Source: an uncultured Planctomycetaceae bacterium
Lineage (GTDB): Bacteria; Planctomycetota; Planctomycetia; Planctomycetales; Planctomycetaceae
Reading direction: 5' to 3'
Assembly: GCA_963813715.1 (NCBI GenBank)
Contig: CAWFAK010000008.1
Coordinates: 96,001 to 160,000, forward strand
DNA: 64,000 bases
Position numbers and translations under genes: made by a program. Shown in pieces: positions 38,587-48,604 of the stretch. The notes under the pieces are model-generated. The model did not search any database. It was given only the letters and a program-made list of their open reading frames with translations, and was not told the origin of the DNA. The first letter of the stretch is position 1. Each line of letters begins with the position of its first letter.

Positions 38587-38687
38587 CGGCTCGTCTTCCC
38601 CTGCGACTGTCGAGACCCGCCTGCCGCACCAAATCGTGATCGATCCGGCGACGCGGCGAAAGGCTCAGGCTCGAAGCGCTCCGCCTT

Positions 38688-38818
38688 CGTAGGGTGTGAC
38701 TAGGCCGCTTCGGCCGCAGGCACACCATGAGGAGCCGCCGATTCTTGGATCAATTTGCGATCGCGCGCGAAAACGGTGTGCCTGCGTCCGCCCGCAGGCG
38801 GACTGGTCACACCCTACG
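38688..38818. repeat. GTAG-type REP doublet (second family)
   Basis: CGTAGGGTGTGAC...GCAGGCACACC (38688-38726) and inverted GGTGTGCCTGC...GTCACACCCTACG (38775-38818). Confidence 0.85.
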
Positions 38819-38869
38819 GTGCCGGACCGGACCGCGGGCGCCGGTCGTTCGATCCGCGCACCGTCTCGG

Positions 38870-40548
38870 CTATCGCGTGAAATTCAATCCCGGGTCGTTC
38901 GGCGGGCCGCCCACCATTTTGAAGGAGAAGCGATCCGGTCCCTCGGCGTTGACCTTACCGACCATCGTGCCGCCGTTGTCGTATTCCAGTACCAGGGTGG
39001 TGCCGGCCAGCTCGTACTTGCCGCCGAAGGACTGCGTCTTGTCGGGCCGGGCGTACTTCCAGTTGAACTTGCCGTCGGCGCCCAGCGACAGGTCGATGGT
39101 GCCGCCGCCCGCCGGGGGTGCCGCGTGCCACGACCCGGCCACGTTGGCTGGCGCCGTCAATTGGGTGTCGGACGGGGCGTTTGCCGGAGCTTCGGCCGTG
39201 GCCGGCGCGACGGCGGTGCCATTTCCATTGCCGTTGCCATTTCCGTTGTCAGGCGGCGCAATCATCGCCAGCAATTGTCGCGAGACTTGATCGTTGGGGG
39301 CGAGCTTCACCACCTGCTCGAACTGGCGGGCGGCAGGGTTCGGGTAACCCTCCGTCAAGTATTCGTAGCCCAGCAAAAAGTGCAGATCGGCCGAGTTATC
39401 GTTCTGCCGCACCGCGTCTTCCAGGGCGCGAAGCTGCTTGGTGTAGATATCGACGCTCGGATACAGGCTGCTCATCGTGGTCCAGTCCCAGCCGGGACCG
39501 ACGGACAGCACGGCGTAAAGCGTACCAGCCGCTTCCTTATAGCGGCCCATGGCGAAGAGGACGAGCGCGCGAAACTCGTGCAAGGGCGTGTCGCTCGGCG
39601 TCTTGGCGATGGCCGCATCGATCGTCGACAGGGCGGTCGGATAATCGCCTTTGTAGAAAGCGTCGCGGGCCTGGTCGCTCAGCGATACGGCACCCGTCAC
39701 CGAGGGATCGTTCGGATCGGGCAAGGCCGCGGTCGTCACGATGGGCTGACCGTAGTCGAGGGCCGGGTATTCGACGGTCGTCGGGGCGATGTAATACGGG
39801 TTGTAGTACGGATAGTAGCCGGTGTCGTAGAAGAGCGAACCAACGGCCCACGAGGTCAAGCCGAGGGCCGCGGTCCCGATGCCCCAACTCGCCCAGGGAT
39901 GGGAGTACCACCAGCCGTTGCCCCAATGCCCGTTCCAGTAGCCGTGATACCAGGAGTTGTGAACGTTGTGCCAATAATCGCTGCGATTGTTGATGCGATC
40001 GCCGCGGTTATTGATTCGGTCGCCCTGGTTATTGATCCGGTCGCCGCGGTTGTCGATGCGGTCGCCGCGGTTATCGATGCGATCCCGCGAGTCCGGTTGT
40101 TGACCCGGTTGTCCCGATTGGGGAGACGATCCCCGCCGTTATTGATCCGGTCGCCGGCATTGGGAAACCGGTTGCCGACATCGCCGCGATTCTCGATGTT
40201 CGGTCGATTGTTGGCGAAGTTCTGGCGGTTGGCCGCCGCCACCGAAGTTGCCGCCGTTACCGAAATTCCCGTTGAAGCCACCGCCGGCGCCGCCGCGGAA
40301 CCCGCCGCCGTTGACGTTGCCTCCGTTGAAGCTCCACCACCGCGGAAGCCGCCGCCGCCGTTGAAGCCGCCACCGCCGCCGCCTCCACGGAAACCGCCAC
40401 CGCCTCCTCCGCCGCCGCGGAACCACCGCCGCCCCCCGCGACCGATGGCCCAGACCTCGGTCACGGGCGCGGCCAACAGCGCGAAGCTCGTCAGGGAAAC
40501 ACCGGCAATCCGTTTGAAGGAAACGGTCAGGCTTGTCTTATCGCTCAT
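38870..40548 (-). CDS. Exported TPR protein with Gly-rich and GDRINNR-repeat N-terminus (about 3 frameshifts)
   Basis: Signal peptide, GGGFRGG region, heptad repeats, WYHGYWNG segment, YYNPYY, TPR region HEFRALVLFA...GPGWDWTT. Confidence 0.78.
39984..40200 (-). repeat. Coding 21-bp tandem repeat (GDRINNR)
   Basis: Units resembling GGCGACCGCATCAACAACCGC; about five well-preserved copies plus degenerate ones. Confidence 0.8.
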
Positions 40549-40575
40549 TGCAAATGTCCTCGATCTCGCGGCCGA

Positions 40576-41523
40576 TCAGCGGGCGACGCCTGGTTCGGGA
40601 GGTCTGCGGACGATCTTGACCTCGGTCGGCGGCATCATTTCGGTTCCGACGACGTGGTCAGTCGAGCGCCAGGTGTAGGAGTGTTTGCTCGTCGGCGTGA
40701 TCAGATTGGTGGCCGACGAAGGTGTGCCGTCGCGGCGAACGCCCGTCGCTTTCACGACCCAGTGATCGCCGGCATTGGTCCAGATCGACTCGCCGTGTCC
40801 GCCTTCGGTATCGAACTGCCACGACTTGATCCGCTTGGTGAGCGGGTCCCAGCCGATGCGCTGGCTGATATCCATGGCGTCGCGGCCCCGCATGCGGACC
40901 TTGATGTCGCCCAGAATGTAATTCTTGTTCTCGGCCCACTTGTATGACGTGAGGACGACCGATTCGCGGCTTTCGTCGATCCAATCGCCGACCAGCCATT
41001 CGAGCGGCTTCAATCGGTCGTAGTTGGTCATTTCGGTGCCCGGCGTGTCGTGGACAAAGCCCATCAGCCACTGGCCGGACCGGGTCTTGATATGCAGGGC
41101 CGTGTAGCGATCGACGTCGGCCGGTTCGTTGGGCCGGTGCGTGACCTTGGTGACGCCGGTTTCGACCGCGAGCGCCGTGCCGATGAAACGAATCGATTCA
41201 ATCTCGACGGACATCTGCGGCTGCGGCTTTTCGGCGACGATGGTCGCGAAGACCTTTTCGATCGCCTCGCGCCCCTGTGTGGTGTTTCCCTCTTCGTCGA
41301 CCATCTGCGCTTCCGGCACAAACAGCTTGCCGATGGCCGCCGCGTCGCCCGCGTTGAACGCTTTGACGAACGCCTCGACGTTGGCGCGGATGACGGATTC
41401 ATCCTTCGACGGCACAACCTGGGACTGACCGGTCGCCGGCGAGCGGTCTTGAGCATGCGCGAGACCCGCCGCCGCGGCCAGTCCCAGAACAATCAGCAAA
41501 GACCTTCGAGTGAGTTGCAACAT
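40576..41523 (-). CDS. SgcJ/EcaC (DUF4440, NTF2-like) exported protein
   Basis: Signal peptide, FVKAFNAGDA, GREAI, LKPLEWLVGDW, IGWDP...IKSWQFD..GG. Confidence 0.85.
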   Translation of the reverse strand: MLQLTRRSLLIVLGLAAAAGLAHAQDRSPATGQSQVVPSKDESVIRANVEAFVKAFNAGDAAAIGKLFVPEAQMVDEEGNTTQGREAIEKVFATIVAEKPQPQMSVEIESIRFIGTALAVETGVTKVTHRPNEPADVDRYTALHIKTRSGQWLMGFVHDTPGTEMTNYDRLKPLEWLVGDWIDESRESVVLTSYKWAENKNYILGDIKVRMRGRDAMDISQRIGWDPLTKRIKSWQFDTEGGHGESIWTNAGDHWVVKATGVRRDGTPSSATNLITPTSKHSYTWRSTDHVVGTEMMPPTEVKIVRRPPEPGVAR

Positions 41524-41954
41524 GGAGTCACCTCCGCGGTGAAGACATCTCACGCAGCGACCGTGGCGGGAACTTGCGGCACGTCCCCCCACTGAAACGT
41601 CTGCTGCGATTCAGCTGACAAATTGCGCAAGCGCTGCCAAAAACTGCCCAAGGTCGATCGGAGCCGACTTAGCGACAGGACGGCAACCCGATCGCACGAT
41701 TCCGCGCTTGAATTCTGCCCGTGATCTCGCCGCCCGAATTGCGGCAGCGACGGTTCCGAAACGGCGTTGCGTGGGACGAATGCCGCCGTTGTGGGAGCAG
41801 TCGCGACAGCTACAATGTGATCTCCGCACCTGGCAAAATCAAGGGCGCTCTCGCCGCTGCCGAGCTCTTTCATCCGCCGCGCAACGGCGCGTCGCGTCCT
41901 GTCGCCATCGCCGGTCGACCCAAATTCGCCGAACGGAAAAATCGGAATCGCGCC

Positions 41955-42680
41955 GTGGTCGGAGAGATCACTCGACAAGACCGCAGACACCGGTTGCACG
42001 TCTGGCGGATGCTGCTCTTTCTCTTGGCGATTTATGGCGTCGCCGCCTATTTCGTCATTCCCTACGGCTGGAAGCGTTACGCGCGGCGGCATCCCGAGCT
42101 CGAAGACATCCCGCGGATCACCCACACCGCCAGCGGAATTCCGGGAGACGCGCTCAACGTGGAGCTGATCGGCACCGAGCGAGATCTGAAGAGTGCCATG
42201 ATCGCGGCCCACTGGTACCCGGCCGATTCGCTCACGCTCCGCAGTTGCCTGGAAATCGCCGAGGCGACCGTCCTCAAACGGGCCTATGACGATGCTCCGG
42301 TCAGCAATCTTTATCTCTTCGGTCGCCGCGAGGACCTGGCCTTCGAGAAGCCGGTCGGTAAGAACCCGCGGGCCCGGCATCACGTGCGGTTTTGGCGCGA
42401 TCCGACGGCGGATGCCGAGGATCGCACGGTCTGGATGGGTGCGGCCACCTACGACAAAAGCGTCGGCTTCAGCCACCGCACGGGACAGATCACCCACCAC
42501 ACGGACCCCAACATCGATGCCGAGCGCGACTTTTTGTTGATGGACCTCCAGACCACGGGCGGCCTGGCCTCGATCGACATCGTTGACGGATTCCATACTG
42601 CGTTGTCAGGCAAGAATGGCGGCGGAGATCCGTGGCATACCGACGGCCGACTGTTCATCGGTGTGCTCGAACCGCGCTAA
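41955..42680 (+). CDS. LssY C-terminal domain protein
   Basis: TM segment, GIPGDALNV, APVSNLYLFGR.EDLAFE, RHHVRFW, GAATYD, THH...ID.ERD, NGGGD.W.TDG. Confidence 0.88.
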   Translation: MVGEITRQDRRHRLHVWRMLLFLLAIYGVAAYFVIPYGWKRYARRHPELEDIPRITHTASGIPGDALNVELIGTERDLKSAMIAAHWYPADSLTLRSCLEIAEATVLKRAYDDAPVSNLYLFGRREDLAFEKPVGKNPRARHHVRFWRDPTADAEDRTVWMGAATYDKSVGFSHRTGQITHHTDPNIDAERDFLLMDLQTTGGLASIDIVDGFHTALSGKNGGGDPWHTDGRLFIGVLEPR

Positions 42681-42710
42681 GAACCCTGGACGAATCGATC
42701 TGAGAAATCC

Positions 42711-43772
42711 TCAAGCCGCAATGACCGCTCGTTTGGCGGGCAGCGGCAAACGAATCCGGAACTCGCTCCCTTTTCCAGGCCCGTCGCTCCGCGCTTCAAC
42801 AGTGCCGCCGTGCAGGCCGACAATGTGCCGGACCAGCGACAGTCCGAGCCCCAGACCTCCCTGCGAGCGGTCACGGGTTTCGCCCACTTGCATGAAACGG
42901 TCGAACACCTTCGGCAAGAGATCGGCGGGAATGCCGACGCCCGTATCGCGAACGCCGATCTGCACATGCCCCGTCTCCGCCTGAACTGTCAGCTCGATGC
43001 GGCCGCGCTCGGGCGTGTACTTGGCAGCGTTATTAAGCAGGTTGGCGAGGGCCTGCACGAGCCGCGCGGGATCGGCCTCGATACGAACCGGCTCAGGCGG
43101 CAACGTCACGACGAGCTCGTGGGCGAATCGCTCGATCATCGGCTGGCTGGCTTGGACCGCGTCGTGCACGACGTCGGCCAGCTCGGTCCGCTGCAAATGC
43201 AGCTGAGTCTTTCCCGAGCGAATCCGCGACAGATCGAGCAGATCGTCCACAAGCCGCGTCAGTTGCTGGAGCTGTCGCTCCAGCACCATGCGCACGCGCT
43301 CGAGCGAGCGGGCATCGGCCGACGCGAGCCCCACGCTGGCCAGGCCGTAATGGATCGGGGCGAGATGATTGCGCAGTTCGTGGGCCAAGGTCGCCAGAAA
43401 GTCGTCCTTGTGGCGGTCGGCCCGCTTCAGCTCGAGCAACGAACTTCGCAAAGCCGACGTGCCCCAACTGATCGCCGCCCCTTCCAAAAAGAACAGCCCG
43501 ACCTGAAAGTTCTCCTCGAACGAGTTGTTGTGCAGCACCTGTCCCGGCGTGATGAAGAACCAATCGCAGAAGAAGGCCGCGGCAGCCGTCGCCAGCAGCC
43601 CTGGACCAAGGCCTCCCAGCCACGAACTGAACATGACTCCGGCGAGAAACAGCAAGAAGGGGTTCACCTCGCCGCGGAGCGGTCCGAAATAGCTCTTGAG
43701 CACGACCAGCAATCCCATGGTGAGGATCGCCACACCGTAATGCAGCAGTCGTCCGGCCCAAACGGAATGCAT
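42711..43772 (-). CDS. Histidine kinase with DUF4118 membrane sensor
   Basis: 4-TM GGLGPGLLAT region, LAHELRN, NLLNNAAKY, DTGVGI, GGLGLGL. Confidence 0.92.
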   Translation of the reverse strand: MHSVWAGRLLHYGVAILTMGLLVVLKSYFGPLRGEVNPFLLFLAGVMFSSWLGGLGPGLLATAAAAFFCDWFFITPGQVLHNNSFEENFQVGLFFLEGAAISWGTSALRSSLLELKRADRHKDDFLATLAHELRNHLAPIHYGLASVGLASADARSLERVRMVLERQLQQLTRLVDDLLDLSRIRSGKTQLHLQRTELADVVHDAVQASQPMIERFAHELVVTLPPEPVRIEADPARLVQALANLLNNAAKYTPERGRIELTVQAETGHVQIGVRDTGVGIPADLLPKVFDRFMQVGETRDRSQGGLGLGLSLVRHIVGLHGGTVEARSDGPGKGSEFRIRLPLPAKRAVIAA

Positions 43773-43838
43773 GGCTTCCTCCTCCCTGTGATTCGATTAG
43801 GGCGTGTTCCCAGTGGTCACAGTCGATACGTGCGTCCG

Positions 43839-44855
43839 CTAGACGCGGGGCGCTGTTTCCGGCTTCAGGCTCTCACCGGTCGTCTCTTCGACGCGCTCAC
43901 GCCGCGGCTTGGGCCGGACAAACGACGCCCCGATCCCTGCCGCGAGCAAGAGCGCGATGGCCGCGAGCACGTAATAGGTCAGTCCGGGAATGCCGTGCAG
44001 GACGTCTTTCAGCAGCAACTTGAGACCGATCACCGCCAGAATCGCCGCGAGGGCCCGGTTGAGATAATGAAAACGATCGATCAGGTGCGCGAGTGCGAAA
44101 TACAGGGAGCGGAGCCCCAACAGCGCAAACACGTTGCTCGTGAAGACCAGAAACCGGTCCTCGGTGATCGCGAAGATGGCGGGAATCGAATCGGCGGCAA
44201 ACAGTAAGTCGGCGCTCTCGACCGCGACGAGGGCGAGCGCCAGCGGCGTCAGCATCAGCCGCCCGTCGATGCGGACAAGAAACTTTTGGCCAACAAGCTG
44301 ATCGGTGACGGGAATCAGACGGCGGACTAAGCGCACCAGGGCCTGGCCCTTCGGCCGCGAATCGTGCCGTTCGACCAGCATCCTCACCGCGGCCGCAATC
44401 AGCAGAACGCCGAACACGTACAGGATCCAATGGAATCGCTCGATGAGCAGCGAGCCGACGAGGATCATCAGTCCCCGCATCACGAGCGCGGCAAGAATGC
44501 CCCAGAACAGCACGCGATGCTGATGGGCGGCCGGAATGCCCAAGTAGCCGAAGATCAGGGCGATGACGCAGAGGTTGTCGACACTGAGCGATTTTTCGAC
44601 CACATATCCAGTCAAGAATGCCGTCGCCGCGGCCCAACCGTCGGGCTCCGCGTCCGGGACGTCCATGCCGAACCAGTGCCGCTCGTAACCAAAGTAGATG
44701 AACAACGTGAACAAGAGCGCCAGCCCGACCCAGCCGCCACTCCAGAGCAGCGCTTCGCGGACAGGGATCGCGTGCGCTTTGCGGTGGAACACGCCGAGAT
44801 CGAGCGCGAGCAGGACCACGATGAAACCAATGAAACCGAGCCACAACCATTCCAT
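43839..44855 (-). CDS. TerC/Alx-family metal homeostasis membrane protein
   Basis: LALDLGVFHRKAH, EKSLSVDN, QHRVLFWG, DLLFAADSIPAI, TSNVFALLGLRSLYF. Confidence 0.93.
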   Translation of the reverse strand: MEWLWLGFIGFIVVLLALDLGVFHRKAHAIPVREALLWSGGWVGLALLFTLFIYFGYERHWFGMDVPDAEPDGWAAATAFLTGYVVEKSLSVDNLCVIALIFGYLGIPAAHQHRVLFWGILAALVMRGLMILVGSLLIERFHWILYVFGVLLIAAAVRMLVERHDSRPKGQALVRLVRRLIPVTDQLVGQKFLVRIDGRLMLTPLALALVAVESADLLFAADSIPAIFAITEDRFLVFTSNVFALLGLRSLYFALAHLIDRFHYLNRALAAILAVIGLKLLLKDVLHGIPGLTYYVLAAIALLLAAGIGASFVRPKPRRERVEETTGESLKPETAPRV

Positions 44856-45049
44856 GACCATCTCCGAGAACGCGCGGGACTGAGGCTGCTCGATTCCAGC
44901 GACGGGTGTCACATGAGCGCGCCGGCTGGCGACGTTGCAGCGGAATACGCGATTCCGCCGGCGCCAAAGCGCAGCGCTCAGCAGGGCAGCGAACTCGTGG
45001 CGCTACGCGTCAAATCAACGCGCGCGTCGAGCCGTCGCTGGCGCGCGGT

Positions 45050-45358
45050 CTAGCACCGCAGCGACATCAGCGCGTAGAGATGGTCCGTGCCTTCGCCATC
45101 CGGCAGTGCACAATGTGCAGCGGAGCGAGCGGCCGGGAGGGTGAGCGAACGTTCGATCAAGGAAGACCGGCAGGCCGACGGGGCCAGCCCCTCAGCCGTG
45201 CTCGCTCGACGGCAACCTGCGCCGTCAAAAAAAGCCTCAGCATTTTCTCCGCCCAAATCTCCGCCTGTGGCGACGGTGGGAAAGTAATCGTCGACGCCTG
45301 CCCAACCCACCAGGGCAAACAGCAACAGATTACGGAGAAAAAGGCCGTACCGGTTCAT
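45050..45358 (-). CDS. Small leader-like ORF upstream of terC
   Basis: Hydrophobic N-terminus, low-complexity middle, C-terminus DHLYALMSLRC. Confidence 0.5.
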   Translation of the reverse strand: MNRYGLFLRNLLLFALVGWAGVDDYFPTVATGGDLGGENAEAFFDGAGCRRASTAEGLAPSACRSSLIERSLTLPAARSAAHCALPDGEGTDHLYALMSLRC

Positions 45359-45687
45359 CCGGCGTTCCACCACAAAGAATCAGGTCGTCCGTGACTGCGA
45401 ACGTCGTCTATTGTAACGTCAGCCGTTCAAACGTGTCGGTGCGGTGAGCGGATCTTCACTCGCCGGATTTTAGTTGGCGGATTCGCCGCACTCCAGGGTA
45501 CCCGTGGCCCCTCGTGGGTCATACGATTGGGCCTGCCAAAACATCCGCGGCCATTTTCGACCCGAGACACGTACAAATCCGATGGCCGGCGGTTCCGACA
45601 CTTTTGTGTCGCGACAGCCTCGAGCCACAACGGCACATCGGCGTTTTGGTCAATCAAATTGTCGTCCATGATGCCCAATTGCCGACC

Positions 45688-46941
45688 ATGACACACGATG
45701 CCGCTGCCCAGGTCCGCGAGACGGTGGACGCCGTCTACCGCTCGGAATCGCGCCGCGTGCTGGCCACGCTGATTCGGCTATTGGGGGATTTCGACCTCGC
45801 TGAGGAAGCCTTGCACGAGGCCTTCGCGTCGGCGGTCGAACAATGGTCGCGCGATGGCGTGCCGGCGAACCCCCGAGCCTGGCTCGTTTCGACCGGCCGC
45901 TTCAAGGCGATCGACACGCTCCGCCGTCGCGCTCGCCACGATGCCTCGCTGCTTGCCCTGGCCGAACGGCTGGACGCCGACCTGCGCAAATCGGCGGGAC
46001 CGGAAATGGTCGCCGTCGAAGACGATCGCCTGCGGCTGATTTTCACCTGTTGCCATCCCGCGCTGCCGCCGGAGGCACAAATCTCGCTCACGTTGCGCGA
46101 AGTCTGCGGACTCACGACAGAGGAAATCGCCAGTGCCTTTCTCACCGCTCCGCCCACGCTGGCCCAGCGCATCGTGCGGGCGAAGGCCAAAATTCGTGCC
46201 GCAAAGATTCCCTATCAAATCCCGTCGCGCGAAGAGTTGCCCGACCGCCTGGGGACGGTGCTGCATGTGATCTATTTGGTGTTCAACGAGGGTTATTCGG
46301 CTTCCTCGGGTGAGTCGTTGACACGCCCCGATCTTTCCGGCGAGGCCATCCGGCTGGGCCGCCTGTTGTTGGAGCTGTTGCCCGAGCCGGAAGTCCGTGG
46401 CCTCGTGGCGTTGATGTTGTTGCACGAGTCGCGACGCATGGCCCGAACGCGGCCGGACGGCGAACTGGTCCTGCTGGAGAACCAAGATCGCGGGCTTTGG
46501 AACCGCGGCCAGATCGAGGAAGGGCTCGCGCTCGTCGCGGAAGCACTCGCCTCGCAACGATTCGGGCCGTACAGTCTGCAGGCGGCAATCGCGGCCGTGC
46601 ATGCCGAAGCGCCGCAGCCGGCCACGACCGATTGGTCGAGAATCGTCGGTATCTACGATCTGTTGCTGCAGATCGAATCCTCGCCAGTTGTCGAATTGAA
46701 CCGGGCCGTGGCAGTGGCCATGCGGGACGGTCCGGCAGCTGGATTGGAACTGATCGACGCCATTCTCGCACGGGGCGATCTGACCGATTATCACCTCGCT
46801 TATGCGGCCCGGGCCGATTTTTGTCGGCGGCTGGGTCGGACGGCCGAAGCGGAACGCGCCTATCGGCAGGCGATCGACCTGGCCCGGCAGGAACCGGAAC
46901 GGCGATTTCTGGAGCGACGACTGGCAGAATTGGGCGACTAA
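45688..46941 (+). CDS. ECF sigma-70 factor with C-terminal TPR extension (ECF42-like)
   Basis: GDFDLAEEAL, WL..TGR, DDRLRLIFTCCHPAL, IYLVFNEGY, GPY.LQAAIAAVH, LNRAVA. Confidence 0.93.
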   Translation: MTHDAAAQVRETVDAVYRSESRRVLATLIRLLGDFDLAEEALHEAFASAVEQWSRDGVPANPRAWLVSTGRFKAIDTLRRRARHDASLLALAERLDADLRKSAGPEMVAVEDDRLRLIFTCCHPALPPEAQISLTLREVCGLTTEEIASAFLTAPPTLAQRIVRAKAKIRAAKIPYQIPSREELPDRLGTVLHVIYLVFNEGYSASSGESLTRPDLSGEAIRLGRLLLELLPEPEVRGLVALMLLHESRRMARTRPDGELVLLENQDRGLWNRGQIEEGLALVAEALASQRFGPYSLQAAIAAVHAEAPQPATTDWSRIVGIYDLLLQIESSPVVELNRAVAVAMRDGPAAGLELIDAILARGDLTDYHLAYAARADFCRRLGRTAEAERAYRQAIDLARQEPERRFLERRLAELGD

Positions 46942-46959
46942 AGATTTTCTGCGAAGGCC

Positions 46960-46986
46960 TGTCGATTCCGGCGGCGGCCGAACGAC
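46960..46986 (+). promoter_or_regulatory. ECF42-type promoter
   Basis: TGTCGA (46960-46965), 17-nt spacer, CGAC (46983-46986), directly upstream of the YciI/DGPF gene. Confidence 0.7.
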
Positions 46987-47082
46987 TAGTTCGCGAGCCG
47001 TCGATGTGGCCCCGGAGGAATGGGGCGGCGATTCGGCCCAAACACTCTCCGCCGCGAGCGGAACTATCCAGGAGACACGACC

Positions 47083-47499
47083 TTGCGATTCATGGTCATT
47101 GTCAAAGCGAACCCCGACTCCGAAGCCGGCGTCCTGCCGACCCCGGAATTACTCGCCGAAATGATGAAGTACAACGAAGAACTGGTGAAAGCGGGCGTGA
47201 TGCTGTCCGGCGACGGGCTGCACGCCAGCTCCAAGGGAGTTCGGGTCAAATTCTCGGGCGGCAAAACGACCGTGACCGACGGCCCCTTCACCGAAACCAA
47301 AGAGCTGATCGCCGGCTTTTGGATCTTTAAGGTGAAATCGAAGCAGGAGGCGATCGACTGGGTCAAGCGAGCGCCGATGCAAGACACCGAACTCGAAATT
47401 CGCCAAATCTTCGAGGCCGACGACTTCGGCGACAACCTCACTCCGTCGCTCAAGGAAAAGGAAGCTCGATTGCGGGCCCAAACGGCCAACAAAAAGTAA
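47083..47499 (+). CDS. YciI/DGPF-domain protein
   Basis: TTG start after AGGAG; DGPFTETKELIAGFW motif. Confidence 0.92.
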   Translation: MRFMVIVKANPDSEAGVLPTPELLAEMMKYNEELVKAGVMLSGDGLHASSKGVRVKFSGGKTTVTDGPFTETKELIAGFWIFKVKSKQEAIDWVKRAPMQDTELEIRQIFEADDFGDNLTPSLKEKEARLRAQTANKK

Positions 47500-47568
47500 A
47501 CGGCACACCGAGCGGCACCCCCGCAATCAAAAACATCATGTCCGTCGACAAACACAGGAGAACTCGCC

Positions 47569-47982
47569 ATGCAAGTTAGCCCGTATCTCTTTTTTGAGGG
47601 TCGTTGCGAGGAAGCTCTCGAGTTCTACAAGAAAGCCGTCGGAGCGGAGGTCAATTCGCTGATTCGCTACAAGGACTGCCCAGATCCGCTGCCTCCCGGC
47701 ATGTTCCCGCCGGGATCGGAGAACAAGGTCATGAACGCCGAGTTCAGGATCGGACAGTCGAAGCTCTACGCCTCGGACGGACGCTGCTCGGGGAAGCCCG
47801 TGCATCAAGGCTTTTCGCTTTCCGTGACGGTGGCCAACCCGGCGGAGGCCGGTCGCTGCTTCGCCGCTCTCTCCGATCAGGGCCAGGTGCAGATGCCGCT
47901 GGGCAAAACGTTCTTCTCACCGAGCTTCGGCATGCTCACCGATCCGTTTGGCATCGAGTGGATGGTCTACGTGGCACCGTAA
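47569..47982 (+). CDS. PhnB/VOC-family protein
   Basis: PYLFFEGRCEEALEFY, ASDG, MPL.KTFFSP.FGML.D.FG..WM. Confidence 0.92.
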   Translation: MQVSPYLFFEGRCEEALEFYKKAVGAEVNSLIRYKDCPDPLPPGMFPPGSENKVMNAEFRIGQSKLYASDGRCSGKPVHQGFSLSVTVANPAEAGRCFAALSDQGQVQMPLGKTFFSPSFGMLTDPFGIEWMVYVAP

Positions 47983-48016
47983 CGCCGATCGGCCGTGCAC
48001 GATTCGTGCTTGGCCA

Positions 48017-48048
48017 CGTCAGTACCATGCCGCGTCAGTACCATGCCG
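48017..48048 (+). repeat. Exact 16-bp tandem duplication
   Basis: CGTCAGTACCATGCCG twice, intergenic. Confidence 0.85.
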
Positions 48049-48083
48049 AATCAGTCCCACTCTTTGACTCACAGGGTCCGGTC

Positions 48084-48470
48084 ATGAAATACATGCTGTT
48101 GATTTATAGTGACGAAGAGGCGTGGACCGATGCCGAGCGCCAACACTGCTTCGCGGAATCGACCCAGCTCACGCACGATTTGAATGCCGCCGGCCAGTTT
48201 CTGGGAGCCTCGCCGTTGCACTCCGTGTCGACGGCGACGAGCGTCCGCATCCGCAACGGCAAACGACTGGTCACCGACGGCCCATTCGCCGAGACCCGCG
48301 AGCAGCTCGGCGGATACTTCCTCATCGAAGCTCCCGACCTCGACGCGGCGATCGGCATTGCGGCGCGCATCCCGGGAGCGCGCAAAGGAACCGTCGAGGT
48401 CCGCCCGGTACTAGAACTCGATGGGCCGCCGACAGAAGCCTCCGCGGACGCGGCAAGACGCGTCGATTGA
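48084..48470 (+). CDS. YciI/DGPF-domain protein
   Basis: MKYMLLIY, DGPFAETREQLGGYF, VEVRPV. Confidence 0.92.
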   Translation: MKYMLLIYSDEEAWTDAERQHCFAESTQLTHDLNAAGQFLGASPLHSVSTATSVRIRNGKRLVTDGPFAETREQLGGYFLIEAPDLDAAIGIAARIPGARKGTVEVRPVLELDGPPTEASADAARRVD

Positions 48471-48604
48471 CCGCCCGCGTGGACAGAGCGGTCACGGATG
48501 GATTAAGGGAGTTCGACCGCCCGCAATTGCGAGGGGTGCGACCGATCTGGGATACTGCAGGCTGACGTCGAGATCTCCGGCACGTAGCGGCGAACAAAAC
48601 TCTC

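Noticed and set aside
39984..40200. 21-bp repeats as a possible CRISPR array or non-coding VNTR
   Set aside because: In-frame coding repeats with synonymous variation and no spacers.
44860..45050. yybP-ykoY manganese riboswitch upstream of terC
   Set aside because: Expected conserved motifs not found by eye; an Rfam scan would settle it.
47604..48083. Long N-terminal extension of the second YciI ORF
   Set aside because: Overlaps the phnB-like gene in another frame; the family-typical start is MKYMLLIY at 48084.
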